DNA of 61,393 bases, filler included, from Candidatus Woesearchaeota archaeon (GCA_030753365.1; 6 parts of 6 records of this genome joined end to end with filler, not necessarily neighbours in it); one strand, 5' to 3'; counted from the first letter of the whole stretch, positions 42,271 to 52,954 are shown. A program made the numbers and translations. Notes: generated from the letters alone by a model not told the origin.

Positions 42271-42811
42271 TTTTTTTCTTCAGCCACTCCACTACAGTTC
42301 CTACAACCTTATCTATAGAAACTCCAGAAGTATCGACAACAAAATCATAGTGCTTCTTATCATAATAATTCAATCCATAATACTTCTTATATCTTAGCAT
42401 CTCACTCTTCATTCTTTTCTTGATGTTATCTTTGGTTTTCTTTAAGTTAAGATTATCCTTCTCATCTTTTCTCTTAGCATTAAAAATCCTCTTTGCACTT
42501 TCATTTAAGTTAACATCAAGGAAAACCTTTACAGACTTAGGAATAAAATAAAATCCCAACCTGGAATCAATCACAAAACCATCTTCTTTCTTTCCAAGTT
42601 CTATCTGCCGCTTATCAAGCTCATCATCAACCCATCTCTCTTTCTCAGCAGTTTTACCTAGTTCTAGTAAAGATACACCTTTTTCTTTAGCAATATCTCT
42701 CATAAAATCTCCTATAGAATAATGCTTAAGATTTAATCTTTCAGCAATAATCTTAGCAACAGTGCTCTTCCCTGAGCCTGGCTTTCCAGATATAGTTATT
42801 ATCATAACCAT
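42257..42811 (-). CDS. cmk: Cytidylate kinase (archaeal type)
   Basis: ITISGKPGSGKST, DSRL, RYKKYYG. Confidence 0.9.
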   Translation of the reverse strand: MVMIITISGKPGSGKSTVAKIIAERLNLKHYSIGDFMRDIAKEKGVSLLELGKTAEKERWVDDELDKRQIELGKKEDGFVIDSRLGFYFIPKSVKVFLDVNLNESAKRIFNAKRKDEKDNLNLKKTKDNIKKRMKSEMLRYKKYYGLNYYDKKHYDFVVDTSGVSIDKVVGTVVEWLKKKINLS

Positions 42812-42867
42812 AGCTTTGCTCCCTAAATATAAAAACATTTTTATTCTAACCTAACATTTTCTATGTT

Positions 42868-43611
42868 ATGACACTATATATCATAGGATTAGGCCTAAAC
42901 AATGAAAAAGATATAACCCTGAAAGGGTTGGAAACTATCAAGAAGTCAGATTTCATTTATTTGGAGAACTATACTTCTTCATTGAGTTGTCCAGTTAAAA
43001 GTCTTGAGAAGTTGTATAAAAAGAAGATGATCCTTGCAGACAGGAACCTTGTTGAAAGTGAGGTGGAAAGCACGATACTGAAAAACGCCAAAACAAAAAA
43101 TGTGTCTTTTCTTGTGATTGGTGATCCTTTTAGCGCAACTACTCATGTTGATATTATGCTAAGAGCAAAAGAGCTTAATATAAAAGTGAAGGTAATTAAT
43201 AATGCTTCAATATTAACAGCGGTTGGGATAACAGGACTTCAGTTGTATAAGTTTGGCCAGGTGACGTCTATTCCTTTTGATAATAAAGAAATAAAAACGC
43301 CTGTGGAAGTTCTAAAGAAGAACCAGAAAATGGGGTTGCATACATTATTCTTATTAGACCTTAATCCTGAGAAAAAAGAGTATCTTACTGTTAGCGAAGC
43401 TTTGAAATATTTGATGGGAAATAATGTGAGTAGAGATACATTGTGCATTGGATGTGCGGCTATTGGTTCTGATAAGCCTGAAATAAAGTTTGGTAAGATA
43501 AAAGATGTGTTAAAAGTAAGTTTTAGGAAATATCCTCAGTGCTTAATTATTCCAGGGAAGCTTCATTTCATGGAAGAAGAAGCCCTTGAAACTTATTCTA
43601 CTTCTTCCTAA
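42868..43611 (+). CDS. dph5: Diphthine synthase
   Basis: LYIIGLGL, LENYTS, GDPFSATTH, GLQLYKFG, HTLFLLD. Confidence 0.95.
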   Translation: MTLYIIGLGLNNEKDITLKGLETIKKSDFIYLENYTSSLSCPVKSLEKLYKKKMILADRNLVESEVESTILKNAKTKNVSFLVIGDPFSATTHVDIMLRAKELNIKVKVINNASILTAVGITGLQLYKFGQVTSIPFDNKEIKTPVEVLKKNQKMGLHTLFLLDLNPEKKEYLTVSEALKYLMGNNVSRDTLCIGCAAIGSDKPEIKFGKIKDVLKVSFRKYPQCLIIPGKLHFMEEEALETYSTSS

Positions 43612-43831
43612 AATAACTATACTCTGAAACAGGCGCATAAGTCATAGATATTAATGATGCAACAAACATTAATGTGAATATTAAGCAGAAGCTAAGCCCC
43701 CATGTCTTATCAGCATCATAAACCAAATATGCAGAAATTAAGAATCCTACAATACTCATAATCATAAATCCTCCAGATAAAGGAGCTATACCTGGTCTTT
43801 TGGTAAGGCTTTTTTTCTTTCTAGACTTCAT
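43598..43831 (-). CDS. Small two-TM membrane protein
   Basis: GAGGTG RBS; APLSGGFM...FVASLISMTYAP. Confidence 0.7.
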   Translation of the reverse strand: MKSRKKKSLTKRPGIAPLSGGFMIMSIVGFLISAYLVYDADKTWGLSFCLIFTLMFVASLISMTYAPVSEYSYFRKK

Positions 43832-43958
43832 AAAACACACCTCTTTTTTATATTTAGAATTTTGTTCTTTATAAATCTTTTTTATTCTTCTAATTTTTTG
43901 AACATAATCTCCCAAACAAAACAAAAAACCTATAAACCCTATCTGATTTCTAAGTACA

Positions 43959-44156
43959 ATGCTCACACCAATTGAACGGATAGCAAAGATTCTTAACATA
44001 TTTAGGCCTGGTATAAGAATCCCTCCTGAAATAGCATCAGCAGAAGCATCAGGCACAGGAGCCAATCTGGAAGCAATCACAAAAACACCAAACATTGATC
44101 AGGTTACTATTAGCGAAAGGGCCAAAAAAGATATAAGGAAGATGTTTATAGGGTAA
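43959..44156 (+). CDS. Small hypothetical protein
   Basis: 65-aa ORF with TATAAA about 25 nt upstream. Confidence 0.5.
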   Translation: MLTPIERIAKILNIFRPGIRIPPEIASAEASGTGANLEAITKTPNIDQVTISERAKKDIRKMFIG

Positions 44157-44264
44157 ACCCTATCAAGCCAATTCAAGCATGCGTTTATGACTGGCGTGGT
44201 AGAATAAGAAAATATAAAGAGCCTTTTGAGCAGGCTGATTATATGAATTCTTAATATAATTCTT

Positions 44265-44930
44265 TTAATACCATCTTTCAACTTCATTTCTAAGATGCTC
44301 TAACAACTCTTCAATTCCTTCATCAGGAACTTCAATAGGATTGCCAACTTTCATTGTGACATCTTTTCCTTCATACTTAATATCAAGCGGCACAAACGTA
44401 ATCTGTTCTCCATAAGCTTTCTGGCTCTTCATAATATTCTTTACATTAGCCTTTCCAATCTTAACCTCATCCATTTCCATCCTTGTGCCTTCAATATGTG
44501 TAACAACTATCTCATCCCTTGCAAGAAGGTTTGGAATTTCATGAGTATAAATCTCTTCTTCTCTTTCCCTTGCAGCTCTTATAGCTTCTCTCCTGCCATA
44601 CTTTTCTGCAAGAATCTTCACTTCCTTATCCCTGATTATGCTAATCCCTCCCATAGGTTCAAACACCCATTTTGGCAGACTGCCTTTCATAATATAGTTA
44701 CCTTCTCTGTTAAGCTTCCTTTTCAACAAAATCCCTTCTAATGGAATATCGATCCATTTTTGGTGATTAGGCAGAAGCACAAATCCTTTATCTCTTAAAC
44801 CCCACAACCTTTCTTTGTGTTCAAATGATATATTATGAGTGTTGCCTAGAACAAGAGAAGAAACATTTACTCCAATATATGTAGGAATTGTTTTTCTTTT
44901 TAACCTATAATTAGTATTGTACTCTTTCAT
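44265..44930 (-). CDS. PlsC-like lysophospholipid acyltransferase
   Basis: NHQKWID (HX4D) and IEGTR blocks. Confidence 0.75.
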   Translation of the reverse strand: MKEYNTNYRLKRKTIPTYIGVNVSSLVLGNTHNISFEHKERLWGLRDKGFVLLPNHQKWIDIPLEGILLKRKLNREGNYIMKGSLPKWVFEPMGGISIIRDKEVKILAEKYGRREAIRAAREREEEIYTHEIPNLLARDEIVVTHIEGTRMEMDEVKIGKANVKNIMKSQKAYGEQITFVPLDIKYEGKDVTMKVGNPIEVPDEGIEELLEHLRNEVERWY

Positions 44931-44988
44931 TAATTTATCAATCCTCTGTCATTATATAAACACTTCTCCAATGCAATATATATTTTTG

Positions 44989-45090
44989 ATTATTTAGTTT
45001 GGGTTTTATACCCCGATGCTTGCATCGGCTTAATACGCAAACTAAATACTAAAAATACCCCGCAGCTTGCTGCGATTGGGATTTTTTATT
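44989..45090 (-). mobile_element. 102-bp twin-hairpin element, copy 4 (inverted), abutting tnpA
   Basis: Exact reverse complement of other copies. Confidence 0.85.
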
Positions 45091-45092
45091 TT

Positions 45093-45238
45093 ATGAAGCA
45101 TATTTGTAAGGGGATTGAAAAAAGATACTTTCTTCGTTTTGATGCTTTAGGTTACGAAAATGATCATATTCACTTAGTGGTTGAGGGTGCTCCTCGTTAT
45201 TCTCCTTCAAGAATCATGCAAATCTGTAAAAGTGTTTT
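45093..45238 (+). mobile_element. tnpA: IS200/IS605-family Y1 transposase fragment (N-terminus missing, cut by gap)
   Basis: ICKGIEKRY...ENDHIHLVV...PRYSPSRIMQICKS with HUH motif. Confidence 0.85.
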
Positions 45239-45338
45239 NNNNNNNNNNNNNNNNNNNNNNNNNNNNNNNNNNNNNNNNNNNNTTAATTAATTAANNNNNN
45301 NNNNNNNNNNNNNNNNNNNNNNNNNNNNNNNNNNNNNN

Positions 45339-46217
45339 ACTACTCATGTTGTTATCAAAAATGGTAAATTAATAAGCGGCATAATGGACAAAAGCAATTT
45401 AGGAGAAGAAGTAGGATTATTATTAAGATCATTCCATAAAAAATATGGACCTGATAAAACCTTAGAATTCCTTGAAAGGTTATACAAACTAGGCATAGAA
45501 ACCCTTCAAAGGGAAGGGCTTAGCGTAGCAATATCTGACACAGACCTATCACCTTTAGCAAAACAGAAAATTAATGAAATAATAACAAAAGCCACAGAAG
45601 ATGTCAGGGAACAAATTAGAATATTTCACAACAAAGAGCTTGAAACTTTTCCTGGAAAAAGCATGAAAGAAACAGTAGAACTCAAAATCATGGACATATT
45701 AAACAAGGCCAGAAACAAGACTGGTGAAGCAGTAAGTGAATACTGCAATAAAAAGAGCCATACCATGGTCATGGCTGATAGCGGTGCAAGAGGTAATATA
45801 CTTAACCTTACTCAAATGGCAGCATGCGTTGGTCAGCAGGCAATGAGGGGCAAAAGAATAGAAAAAGGTTACAAAAACAGAACACTTTCATGTTATCAAA
45901 AAGACGATCTTATGCCAAAAGCTCATGGTTTCATTGATGCAGGATTCAAAGATGGGCTTTCACCTCAGGACTTCTTTTTCGCTTCAATCACAGGAAGAGA
46001 TTCCTTAATGGATACAGCGCTTAGAACGCCTAAAAGCGGTTATTTATACAGAAGATTAGCAAACGCTACACAGGACTTAAGAGTAGAATATGATTATACA
46101 GTAAGAGATTCTAACAATAAAGTCATTCAGTTCGAATATGGTGAAGACGGCATAGACGTCTCAAAGAGCGAGCAAGGTGTTATAAACATTAAAAATATAA
46201 TCAACTCTATAAGGTGA
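45339..46217 (+). CDS. rpoA1: RNA polymerase subunit Rpo1N (A'), C-terminal part
   Basis: SGARG, GQQAMRG, DTALRTPKSGYLYRRL. Confidence 0.96.
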   Translation, partial: TTHVVIKNGKLISGIMDKSNLGEEVGLLLRSFHKKYGPDKTLEFLERLYKLGIETLQREGLSVAISDTDLSPLAKQKINEIITKATEDVREQIRIFHNKELETFPGKSMKETVELKIMDILNKARNKTGEAVSEYCNKKSHTMVMADSGARGNILNLTQMAACVGQQAMRGKRIEKGYKNRTLSCYQKDDLMPKAHGFIDAGFKDGLSPQDFFFASITGRDSLMDTALRTPKSGYLYRRLANATQDLRVEYDYTVRDSNNKVIQFEYGEDGIDVSKSEQGVINIKNIINSIR

Positions 46218-46225
46218 CATGATAA

Positions 46226-47368
46226 ATGGATACAATATTTAAAACTTATAAGGACGTTTTGCCAAAGAAAATGCTGGAAGAAGTAAAAGAGAATCTTCCT
46301 AAAAATGTTTCTTCTGAAAAGCTAAAGAAAATATTAGCAAAAGTAAAAGAAGAATATTTCAACTCAAAGGCAGAGCCAGGAGAATGTATAGGATTGGTTT
46401 CAGCAGAATCCATAGGAGAACCAGGCACTCAGATGACATTAAACACATTCCATTTTGCAGGAGTTGCAGAGATGAATGTTACCATGGGTCTGCCAAGAAT
46501 AATCGAAATACTTGACGGAAGGAAAAAGATAAAGACTCCTATGATGGAAATATACTTGAAAAAGCCATATTCTGAAGGCAAGAACATAAAAGAGATAGCT
46601 TTCTCTATAAAAGAAACAAAAGTTGAAGAAGTTATAGATGAGTTATCTATGAACATCACTGAGCTAAGTGTTGAGCTTAAGCTTGACAAAGCTAAAATGA
46701 AACAATTAAATGTAACCGAATCCATGCTCTTAAAAATCTTAAGCAAAGACCTTAAAGGTACATCAATCAAACAGAAGAAAGATATAATCGTCATAAAGCC
46801 TAAAATAAAAGAAGACGAAATGAACGAAATTTATAAAACCAAAGAAAATGTTAAAAAGATTTATTTAAGGGGCATAAAAGGCGTTACCCAGGTATTGCCA
46901 GTCAAAAGAGAAAATGAATTCATAATCATCACTGCAGGATCCAACCTAAAAGAAATCTTCAAGATAGACTGTGTTGATACAACAAGAACAATAACAAATG
47001 ACATCCATGAAGTTGAAAAAGTATTAGGTCTCGAAGCTGCAAGACAAACAATCATAGAAGAAGTATTCAAAGTAATTGAAAGTCAGGGTCTTAATGTAGA
47101 CGTAAGGCACATCATGTTAGTTGCTGACACCATGTGTTCCACTGGCACTATCAAAGGGATCACCAGATTTGGAATAGTTAGGGAAAAAGCCTCTGTGCTT
47201 GCTAGGGCATCCTTTGAAACACCTATAAAACATATCATCGGCGCAGCTTTAAAAGGAGAAGTAGATAAATTGGATTCAGTAGTAGAAAATGTCATGATTA
47301 GCCAGACAGTTCCTATAGGAACAGGCCTACCAGGATTAGTAATTAAGAAAAATGAAAAAAACAACTAA
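46226..47368 (+). CDS. rpoA2: RNA polymerase subunit Rpo1C (A'')
   Basis: SIGEPGTQMTLNTFH, LARASFE. Confidence 0.97.
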   Translation: MDTIFKTYKDVLPKKMLEEVKENLPKNVSSEKLKKILAKVKEEYFNSKAEPGECIGLVSAESIGEPGTQMTLNTFHFAGVAEMNVTMGLPRIIEILDGRKKIKTPMMEIYLKKPYSEGKNIKEIAFSIKETKVEEVIDELSMNITELSVELKLDKAKMKQLNVTESMLLKILSKDLKGTSIKQKKDIIVIKPKIKEDEMNEIYKTKENVKKIYLRGIKGVTQVLPVKRENEFIIITAGSNLKEIFKIDCVDTTRTITNDIHEVEKVLGLEAARQTIIEEVFKVIESQGLNVDVRHIMLVADTMCSTGTIKGITRFGIVREKASVLARASFETPIKHIIGAALKGEVDKLDSVVENVMISQTVPIGTGLPGLVIKKNEKNN

Positions 47369-47630
47369 AGAAAGCAAAGCAAGCCTTGCTAAAGATCTGA
47401 AAAGCAATAAAATAATCATTGGTACAGATAGAGTTATCAAAAGCTTAAGAGCTGGAAAGCTCAGCAAGATTTACATATCATTAAACTGCAAAGATAGTAT
47501 AAAATCAGATATATCTCATTATAGTAAATTAGGAGATGTTGAGGTTATATCTCTTAAGGTTTCAAATGAAGAGCTGGGCATACTATGCAAGAAACCATTC
47601 TCTATTTCTGTATTAGGGCTGGCTGGTTAA
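47352..47630 (+). CDS. rpl30e: 50S ribosomal protein eL30
   Basis: L7Ae/L30e fold, ELGILCKKPF; operon position. Confidence 0.9.
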   Translation: MKKTTKESKASLAKDLKSNKIIIGTDRVIKSLRAGKLSKIYISLNCKDSIKSDISHYSKLGDVEVISLKVSNEELGILCKKPFSISVLGLAG

Positions 47631-47641
47631 AGAGTGATTCC

Positions 47642-48055
47642 ATGAACAAAATCAGATATGACATTAACATTATAAAATACATTTCACTGTTTGAAACCCT
47701 TGTTAGGGTAAACGTTAAGGACTGCATAGACACCAATCCAATAACCTTTATAGTTAAGCAGAACCAGATTGGCAAGGCCATTGGCAAAAATGGGGTCAAT
47801 GTTAAGAAGCTGGAAAGTATGTTTAACAGAAAGATTAAAATACTAGAATTCAATCCTGAGGTATTACAATTCGTAAAAAACGTTATATATCCTTTAAAGG
47901 GGGATGAAGTATCAAAAAGGGACAATACAGTCATAATCAATGTTAAAGACAACACAAGCAAAGCGTTATTAATCGGCAGAGAAAGTCAAAACATAAAGAA
48001 TACTACCCAAATAGTCAAGAGACACTTTGAAATTGATGATATAAAGGTTATTTAA
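47642..48055 (+). CDS. nusA: Archaeal NusA (KH domains)
   Basis: AIGKNGVNVK and LIGRESQN KH motifs; operon position. Confidence 0.92.
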   Translation: MNKIRYDINIIKYISLFETLVRVNVKDCIDTNPITFIVKQNQIGKAIGKNGVNVKKLESMFNRKIKILEFNPEVLQFVKNVIYPLKGDEVSKRDNTVIINVKDNTSKALLIGRESQNIKNTTQIVKRHFEIDDIKVI

Positions 48056-48058
48056 AAA

Positions 48059-48496
48059 ATGTCACGCAAAACAAAAGGAATGAACGCTGCAAAAAAGCTT
48101 CAAAAAAGAAGAAGAAAAAGTAGATGGAGCCATAGGTCATTCATTAGAAAGACACTAGGCCTTAAAGAGAAATCAGATCCTCTAAAAGGCGCTTCACAAG
48201 CCAAAGGCATAGTAATAGAAAAAGTCCAGTTAGAAGCAAAACAGCCAAACAGCGCTATGAGAAAATGCGTCAAGGTCCAGCTATTAAAAAATGGCAGGCA
48301 GGTCACAGCCTTCGTACCTGGCGATGCTGCCACCAAACAGATTGACGAGCACGATGAAGTGCTAATAGAATGTATTGGCGGAAGAATGGGCAGGTCAAAA
48401 GGCGACATTCCAGGTGTCAGATGGCAGGTTATAAAAGTTAACGATCAAAGTTTAAATGCCCTATTAAGAGGCAAGATTGAAAAAGCTAGGAGATAA
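48059..48496 (+). CDS. rps12: 30S ribosomal protein uS12
   Basis: [18 protein letters not shown]. Confidence 0.97.
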   Translation: MSRKTKGMNAAKKLQKRRRKSRWSHRSFIRKTLGLKEKSDPLKGASQAKGIVIEKVQLEAKQPNSAMRKCVKVQLLKNGRQVTAFVPGDAATKQIDEHDEVLIECIGGRMGRSKGDIPGVRWQVIKVNDQSLNALLRGKIEKARR

Positions 48497-48510
48497 AACA
48501 GGAGACAGAG

Positions 48511-49110
48511 ATGACAGCACTAAAAGTATTCAACAAATGGGACGTAAAAGACATTAAAGTAGAAGACCCTGGCTTAATAAATTATATCACTCTTGAGCCT
48601 AAGATAGTCCCCAAAACAGGTGCAAGATATGCTGGCAGCAGGTTCCACAAAAGCAAAATCTTCATAGTTGAAAGATTAATCAATAAGCTAATGATTCCTG
48701 GACATAAGGGAAAGAAGCATTTCAAAAGCAGTTCAAACATCACAGGAAAATCAAACACTGCTTATGACATCGTTGAAAAAGCTTTCACACAAATAGAAAT
48801 TAAAACCAAAAAAAATCCAATAGCAGTATTCGTCAAAGCAATAGAAAACGCTGCGCCAAGAGAAGAAATTCTCACAATAGAATATGGCGGAGCCAGATAT
48901 CCAAAAGCTGTAGAATGCGCTCCTCAAAGAAGAATAGACCTTGCCTTAAGATACATGGTACAGGGAGCATTCCACAAATCCTTTGGAAAAAAGGTATCCA
49001 TGATAACCTGCTTAGTAGACGAAATCATCAATGCATACAACTGCAGCCCAAACTCCAACGCAATAGCAAAGAAGAACGAAGGAGAAAGGCAGTCAGACGC
49101 TAGCAGGTAA
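48511..49110 (+). CDS. rps7: 30S ribosomal protein uS7
   Basis: IVERLIN, ENAAPRE, APQRRID. Confidence 0.96.
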   Translation: MTALKVFNKWDVKDIKVEDPGLINYITLEPKIVPKTGARYAGSRFHKSKIFIVERLINKLMIPGHKGKKHFKSSSNITGKSNTAYDIVEKAFTQIEIKTKKNPIAVFVKAIENAAPREEILTIEYGGARYPKAVECAPQRRIDLALRYMVQGAFHKSFGKKVSMITCLVDEIINAYNCSPNSNAIAKKNEGERQSDASR

Positions 49111-49219
49111 AGTATCTTAATTCTATTTTAGTTATTCTTTGTTTCAATTCTTATTTTTATTATAGAAAACTATATAAACAGTAACTTCTCAGATTTACTT
49201 AATTCTAATTCAAAAAAGA

Positions 49220-50266
49220 ATGTTACCCTGGCACAAAAAACTCAAATTCAGAGGAAATCCTTTAGATGCACGGCCCAACCCTAACCTTGTTGGGTTAGAT
49301 GAAGAAGAAGAGCAGCTAAAAAACCATATTGTAAAAGAAGAAATCTGCTTTCTCAACGGCTTAACTGGCTCAGGCAAAACATCCTTACTCCACAAAATGC
49401 AAAAAGAGCTAAAAGGCTACTCCTTTATCTACCTTGATGCCCAAGATCTTCCACCTGATTTCAATCTTGAACAAGCAATATCAAACAAAAAAAGCTTCTT
49501 TGACATGATAAGCCTTAGAAGATTTCCCAAAAACAAGCCAGTACTAATCATAGACGAATTCCAGGCAACCGACCCAAGACTAATTCTTGAAGCAAGAGGT
49601 AAATGGGAAAATAGGGGAGACAATAAAATCAAAAGCATAGTCATTGCTCAAATCAACAGACAATTAAAAAACGTTTCAGACTCTTTCAAGGACAGGCTAG
49701 GCAACAGAATCATAACACTCAAAACCTTAGACGAAGAAGAAATGAAAGAAATATTAAAAAGAAGGCTTCAAAACAAAAAAACAGGCATAAACTACCTCAC
49801 CAGGCTAAGTGAGGACGCACTAAACCTTCTTATCAAATGCGCTGACGGCAATGCCAGAAGGCTATTGGAATACACAGACATGATCTTTGACTTCCATCAC
49901 AGAAGGTTCAAAGACATAAACCCCATAGACCGGGACAATTATTTTATCTCATACTATGCAGCAAAAGAGATATTGGAACAAAATAAAATCAATGTAAGAG
50001 CTTTTGAAAAACAGGCAGACGAAATAAGCTCCTTCTCAAGTAAGCAATTCTCAGAACTTCAGGAAAGGCTGTTAAGATTCTTGATAGACTATGACAGGGT
50101 AACCGTTGACACCGTAGCCAAAACCCTAAAAATATCTGTCAGCACAGCAAGAAGAAGCATATCCTCACTAAAAAAGAAAAAAGCAATACTCATTGCAGGC
50201 AAGAAAAACAGAAAAGAACTATTGGTAATATCACCATCTGTAAAAAGAGTGTTAACAGAAGAATAA
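49220..50266 (+). CDS. P-loop AAA+-type ATPase with C-terminal HTH
   Basis: GLTGSGKT, IIDE, GNARRLL, C-terminal HTH. Confidence 0.8.
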   Translation: MLPWHKKLKFRGNPLDARPNPNLVGLDEEEEQLKNHIVKEEICFLNGLTGSGKTSLLHKMQKELKGYSFIYLDAQDLPPDFNLEQAISNKKSFFDMISLRRFPKNKPVLIIDEFQATDPRLILEARGKWENRGDNKIKSIVIAQINRQLKNVSDSFKDRLGNRIITLKTLDEEEMKEILKRRLQNKKTGINYLTRLSEDALNLLIKCADGNARRLLEYTDMIFDFHHRRFKDINPIDRDNYFISYYAAKEILEQNKINVRAFEKQADEISSFSSKQFSELQERLLRFLIDYDRVTVDTVAKTLKISVSTARRSISSLKKKKAILIAGKKNRKELLVISPSVKRVLTEE

Positions 50267-50535
50267 TCATTTCACATTCTTCCAATAAAACTTGAACATC
50301 CTAATCTCTTTTTCTATTAATTCTTCAGAAAATATTTTTTGATCAATAGTTCCATCCTTCCTATACTGCGCATCAAACTCATACTCTTCAAAAATATCAT
50401 TAGCTCTCTCAATCCAGCCATCAGTAAACTCCACANNNNNNNNNNNNNNNNNNNNNNNNNNNNNNNNNNNNNNNNNNNNTTAATTAATTAANNNNNNNNN
50501 NNNNNNNNNNNNNNNNNNNNNNNNNNNNNNNNNNN

Positions 50536-52357
50536 CATAAGAGCCTCCGTCAAGATATGTTCCAAGAGTATTATTAATCTGGATTGGAGTGAGCCAGCCG
50601 GAATAGCTGTATGTTAGGTTTTCTTCATTGTCAGGATCAATGCCTAAAGGAAATATTTCAATTGGCTCTCCTACATCAATGATGATGTTAGAGTTATAGG
50701 AAGGATCAAAAGGCTGGCTTGTTTTGTTGTAAACCACTACAGGAGTTCTTCCATAATAAGTTGTGAAATATCCATAATAGTAAAAGCTGCTGTTTACTGA
50801 GTAGTCTATAAAGTCAAGCGCTGGCCTTCTGTTTTCAACTGCAAAAAGGAATACAAAGGGCTCGCCATCTATTAAGGATTGGTTGTCTGTTATCATGTAT
50901 ACATCTGAATAGTTTCCACCATTATCGCAATCATGGCATACTTCTTCATCTTCATATTTTGTTATGTTCATCCCAGATTCCAGACATGACCTGGTGAATA
51001 CGTTCCTTGTGCTGCTGCTAACATTAAAGTTAGGGCAATTGTTTAGCGTATTTGCTTCAGTTTCCATGTCAAAGAATATGTTGCCTACATCTTCTTTTAT
51101 AAGATGATATGCCAGCTCATAGATTTTCTTGAATCTTATTTTTAGGTCTGTGCTGTATAATAAGAATTTTGTAACTGGAGCTTCTCCTTCAACAGTGATT
51201 TTTAAAGGGTATTCCATTGTGATATATACATTGTTCTCTCCGAAGAGAACTTCTGTGCTTATGTTTCCTTCTTCAAGTTCAAAGCCTGTTTCGGGAATGA
51301 ATGAGGAGAAGTCTATGCAGTTGTCAACTTTTTGGGCTATGTATTCTTCAAGATAAGTTTGGACAGTGTGAGGGCTTGCTGCATTATATAGATCTTCTTC
51401 GCAGGAGAATTTGACAGATGCGTCTATGTAGTTAGAGCCCTGCCTTGAACATAACGCTCTCAGGTTTGAAACTTTGTTGGGCTTTGACGGCAGATAGTTG
51501 CCAAGGGAGTTTCTTACAGTAAAGTTGTCTATTTCTATTAGGGTTCTTAGGTTGCCTTCATAAGGGTAACCTGGCACAGTAGGATGATATTTTGAGCCGT
51601 CTAGTCTTGGCCTGATGATGGAATATATTAAATAGGGTACATAATTTACAGAATAATTAACAAAAGGAATACCTAGAATGCCTATGTCAGAGCTAGAGTC
51701 AAAAGATGGGCCGGTTTCTATATTAAGGCCAAAGATGTTGACATAGTTGGAATATACAACCCCTCCTTGCAGCCCGGCCAGTATTAATGCTTCTTTAACA
51801 CTATCATCAAGGCAGATTTGCACATAGTTCTTGATTGCTGGCGTCTCCAAAGTGTCAGAGGACATCTTCTTTACTTCTTTCTTAAGTTTTGTTTCGGTTA
51901 CGGAACGCTTTAGGTAGAACATAAAGAAGAAAACGGATATTAATACGATGCCAAGCAGGAAGAAGATGGTGAGCTGGGATTTTTTATTGTGGTTGAAGTA
52001 AATAAAGCAGGCTAATAAGGTTATGAATAATGACCATGTGACCATTATGAAGAGATTTGGCTGGGCTAGAATGAAGTTTCTTGTTTTTTGAAGGCTTAGT
52101 TGGTTGTCTTGAAAGAGAATAAGGTTGTAAGTTGAAGGTTTTGGGCTTTGTTGAGCAGAGTAGGATGGTTTGATAGATGATATGGCGGTTATTTTGCCAA
52201 AAGTGCCGTTTAGATAAGAAGTTGATACTTTTCTTGTGAAAGAGATTTGAGGAGTGTCATCGCTGTAAGCTGAGGCAAAGGGGAGTATGGATAGGTTTAG
52301 TATCATCCAGATTAGGAGAATGAATCTTAAGAACTTGGTCCCTTTTTTGTGGTGCAT
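50536..52357 (-). CDS. Large membrane/surface protein with internal class III signal-like motif (partial)
   Basis: N-terminal signal, TM helix, then KKSQLTIFFLLGIVL; DPDNEENLTYSY. Confidence 0.7.
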
Positions 52358-52440
52358 AAGGTTTTATTGGTATGAAGGTTATATATATATATTTTCATAA
52401 CTTTTTTATAATCCTTAAGTTATACTATCTTAAAGGTGAT

Positions 52441-52788
52441 ATGATGATAGAACCAATACAGATTGTGGGGATTAAAGAGTTGGATGATACTGATAAGGAT
52501 ATTGTGAATAAGCTTGCGAATGAGTATTTTGTAAAGATAAAGAGGAAATTGAAGAATTTTACTTCTCTTTTGATACATATTAAGTGTTCTAATAAAGATG
52601 GCAAAAAGAAAATGTATTCTATTAATGCAAGGGTGACTGCACCAACTAGGATGTTTGAATCTACAAAAGCGGCTGACTGGGATTTGGCTAGGACACTGCA
52701 CAAGGCTTTTAAGGATTTGGAGAGGGAGATAGAGCATAAATTGCATACTGATGACCAGCATGATAAGGTTAGTGAAAGGCTGGTTTAG
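52441..52788 (+). CDS. Putative HPF/RaiA-like ribosome-associated protein
   Basis: AGGTGA RBS; beta-alpha-beta3-alpha pattern ending DWDLARTLHKAFKDLERE. Confidence 0.55.
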   Translation: MMIEPIQIVGIKELDDTDKDIVNKLANEYFVKIKRKLKNFTSLLIHIKCSNKDGKKKMYSINARVTAPTRMFESTKAADWDLARTLHKAFKDLEREIEHKLHTDDQHDKVSERLV

Positions 52789-52808
52789 TGGAGAATTCTT
52801 GAGAGAAA

Positions 52809-52883
52809 TAGCGGGGGTAGGATTTGAACCTACGACCTGAGGGTTATGAGCCCTCCGGGCACTCCTGACTGCCCTACCCCGCT
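52809..52883 (-). tRNA. Initiator tRNA-Met(CAT), no intron
   Basis: A1-U72 pair, GGG/CCC in anticodon stem, CTCATAA loop. Confidence 0.95.
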
Positions 52884-52954
52884 GTGTAGTGTGAATTAAT
52901 TAAGCTTTCTTTATAAGCCTTTTTGTTTGAAGCAAAATATATAAGAAAAAGAAA

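Noticed and set aside
43959..44156. DQVTISERAK resembling an FlgM anti-sigma motif
   Set aside because: Too short, and the rest of FlgM is not recognisable
1900..45090. 102-bp repeat or hairpin arrays as CRISPR
   Set aside because: Copies are dispersed, there is no repeat-spacer periodicity, and no cas genes are seen
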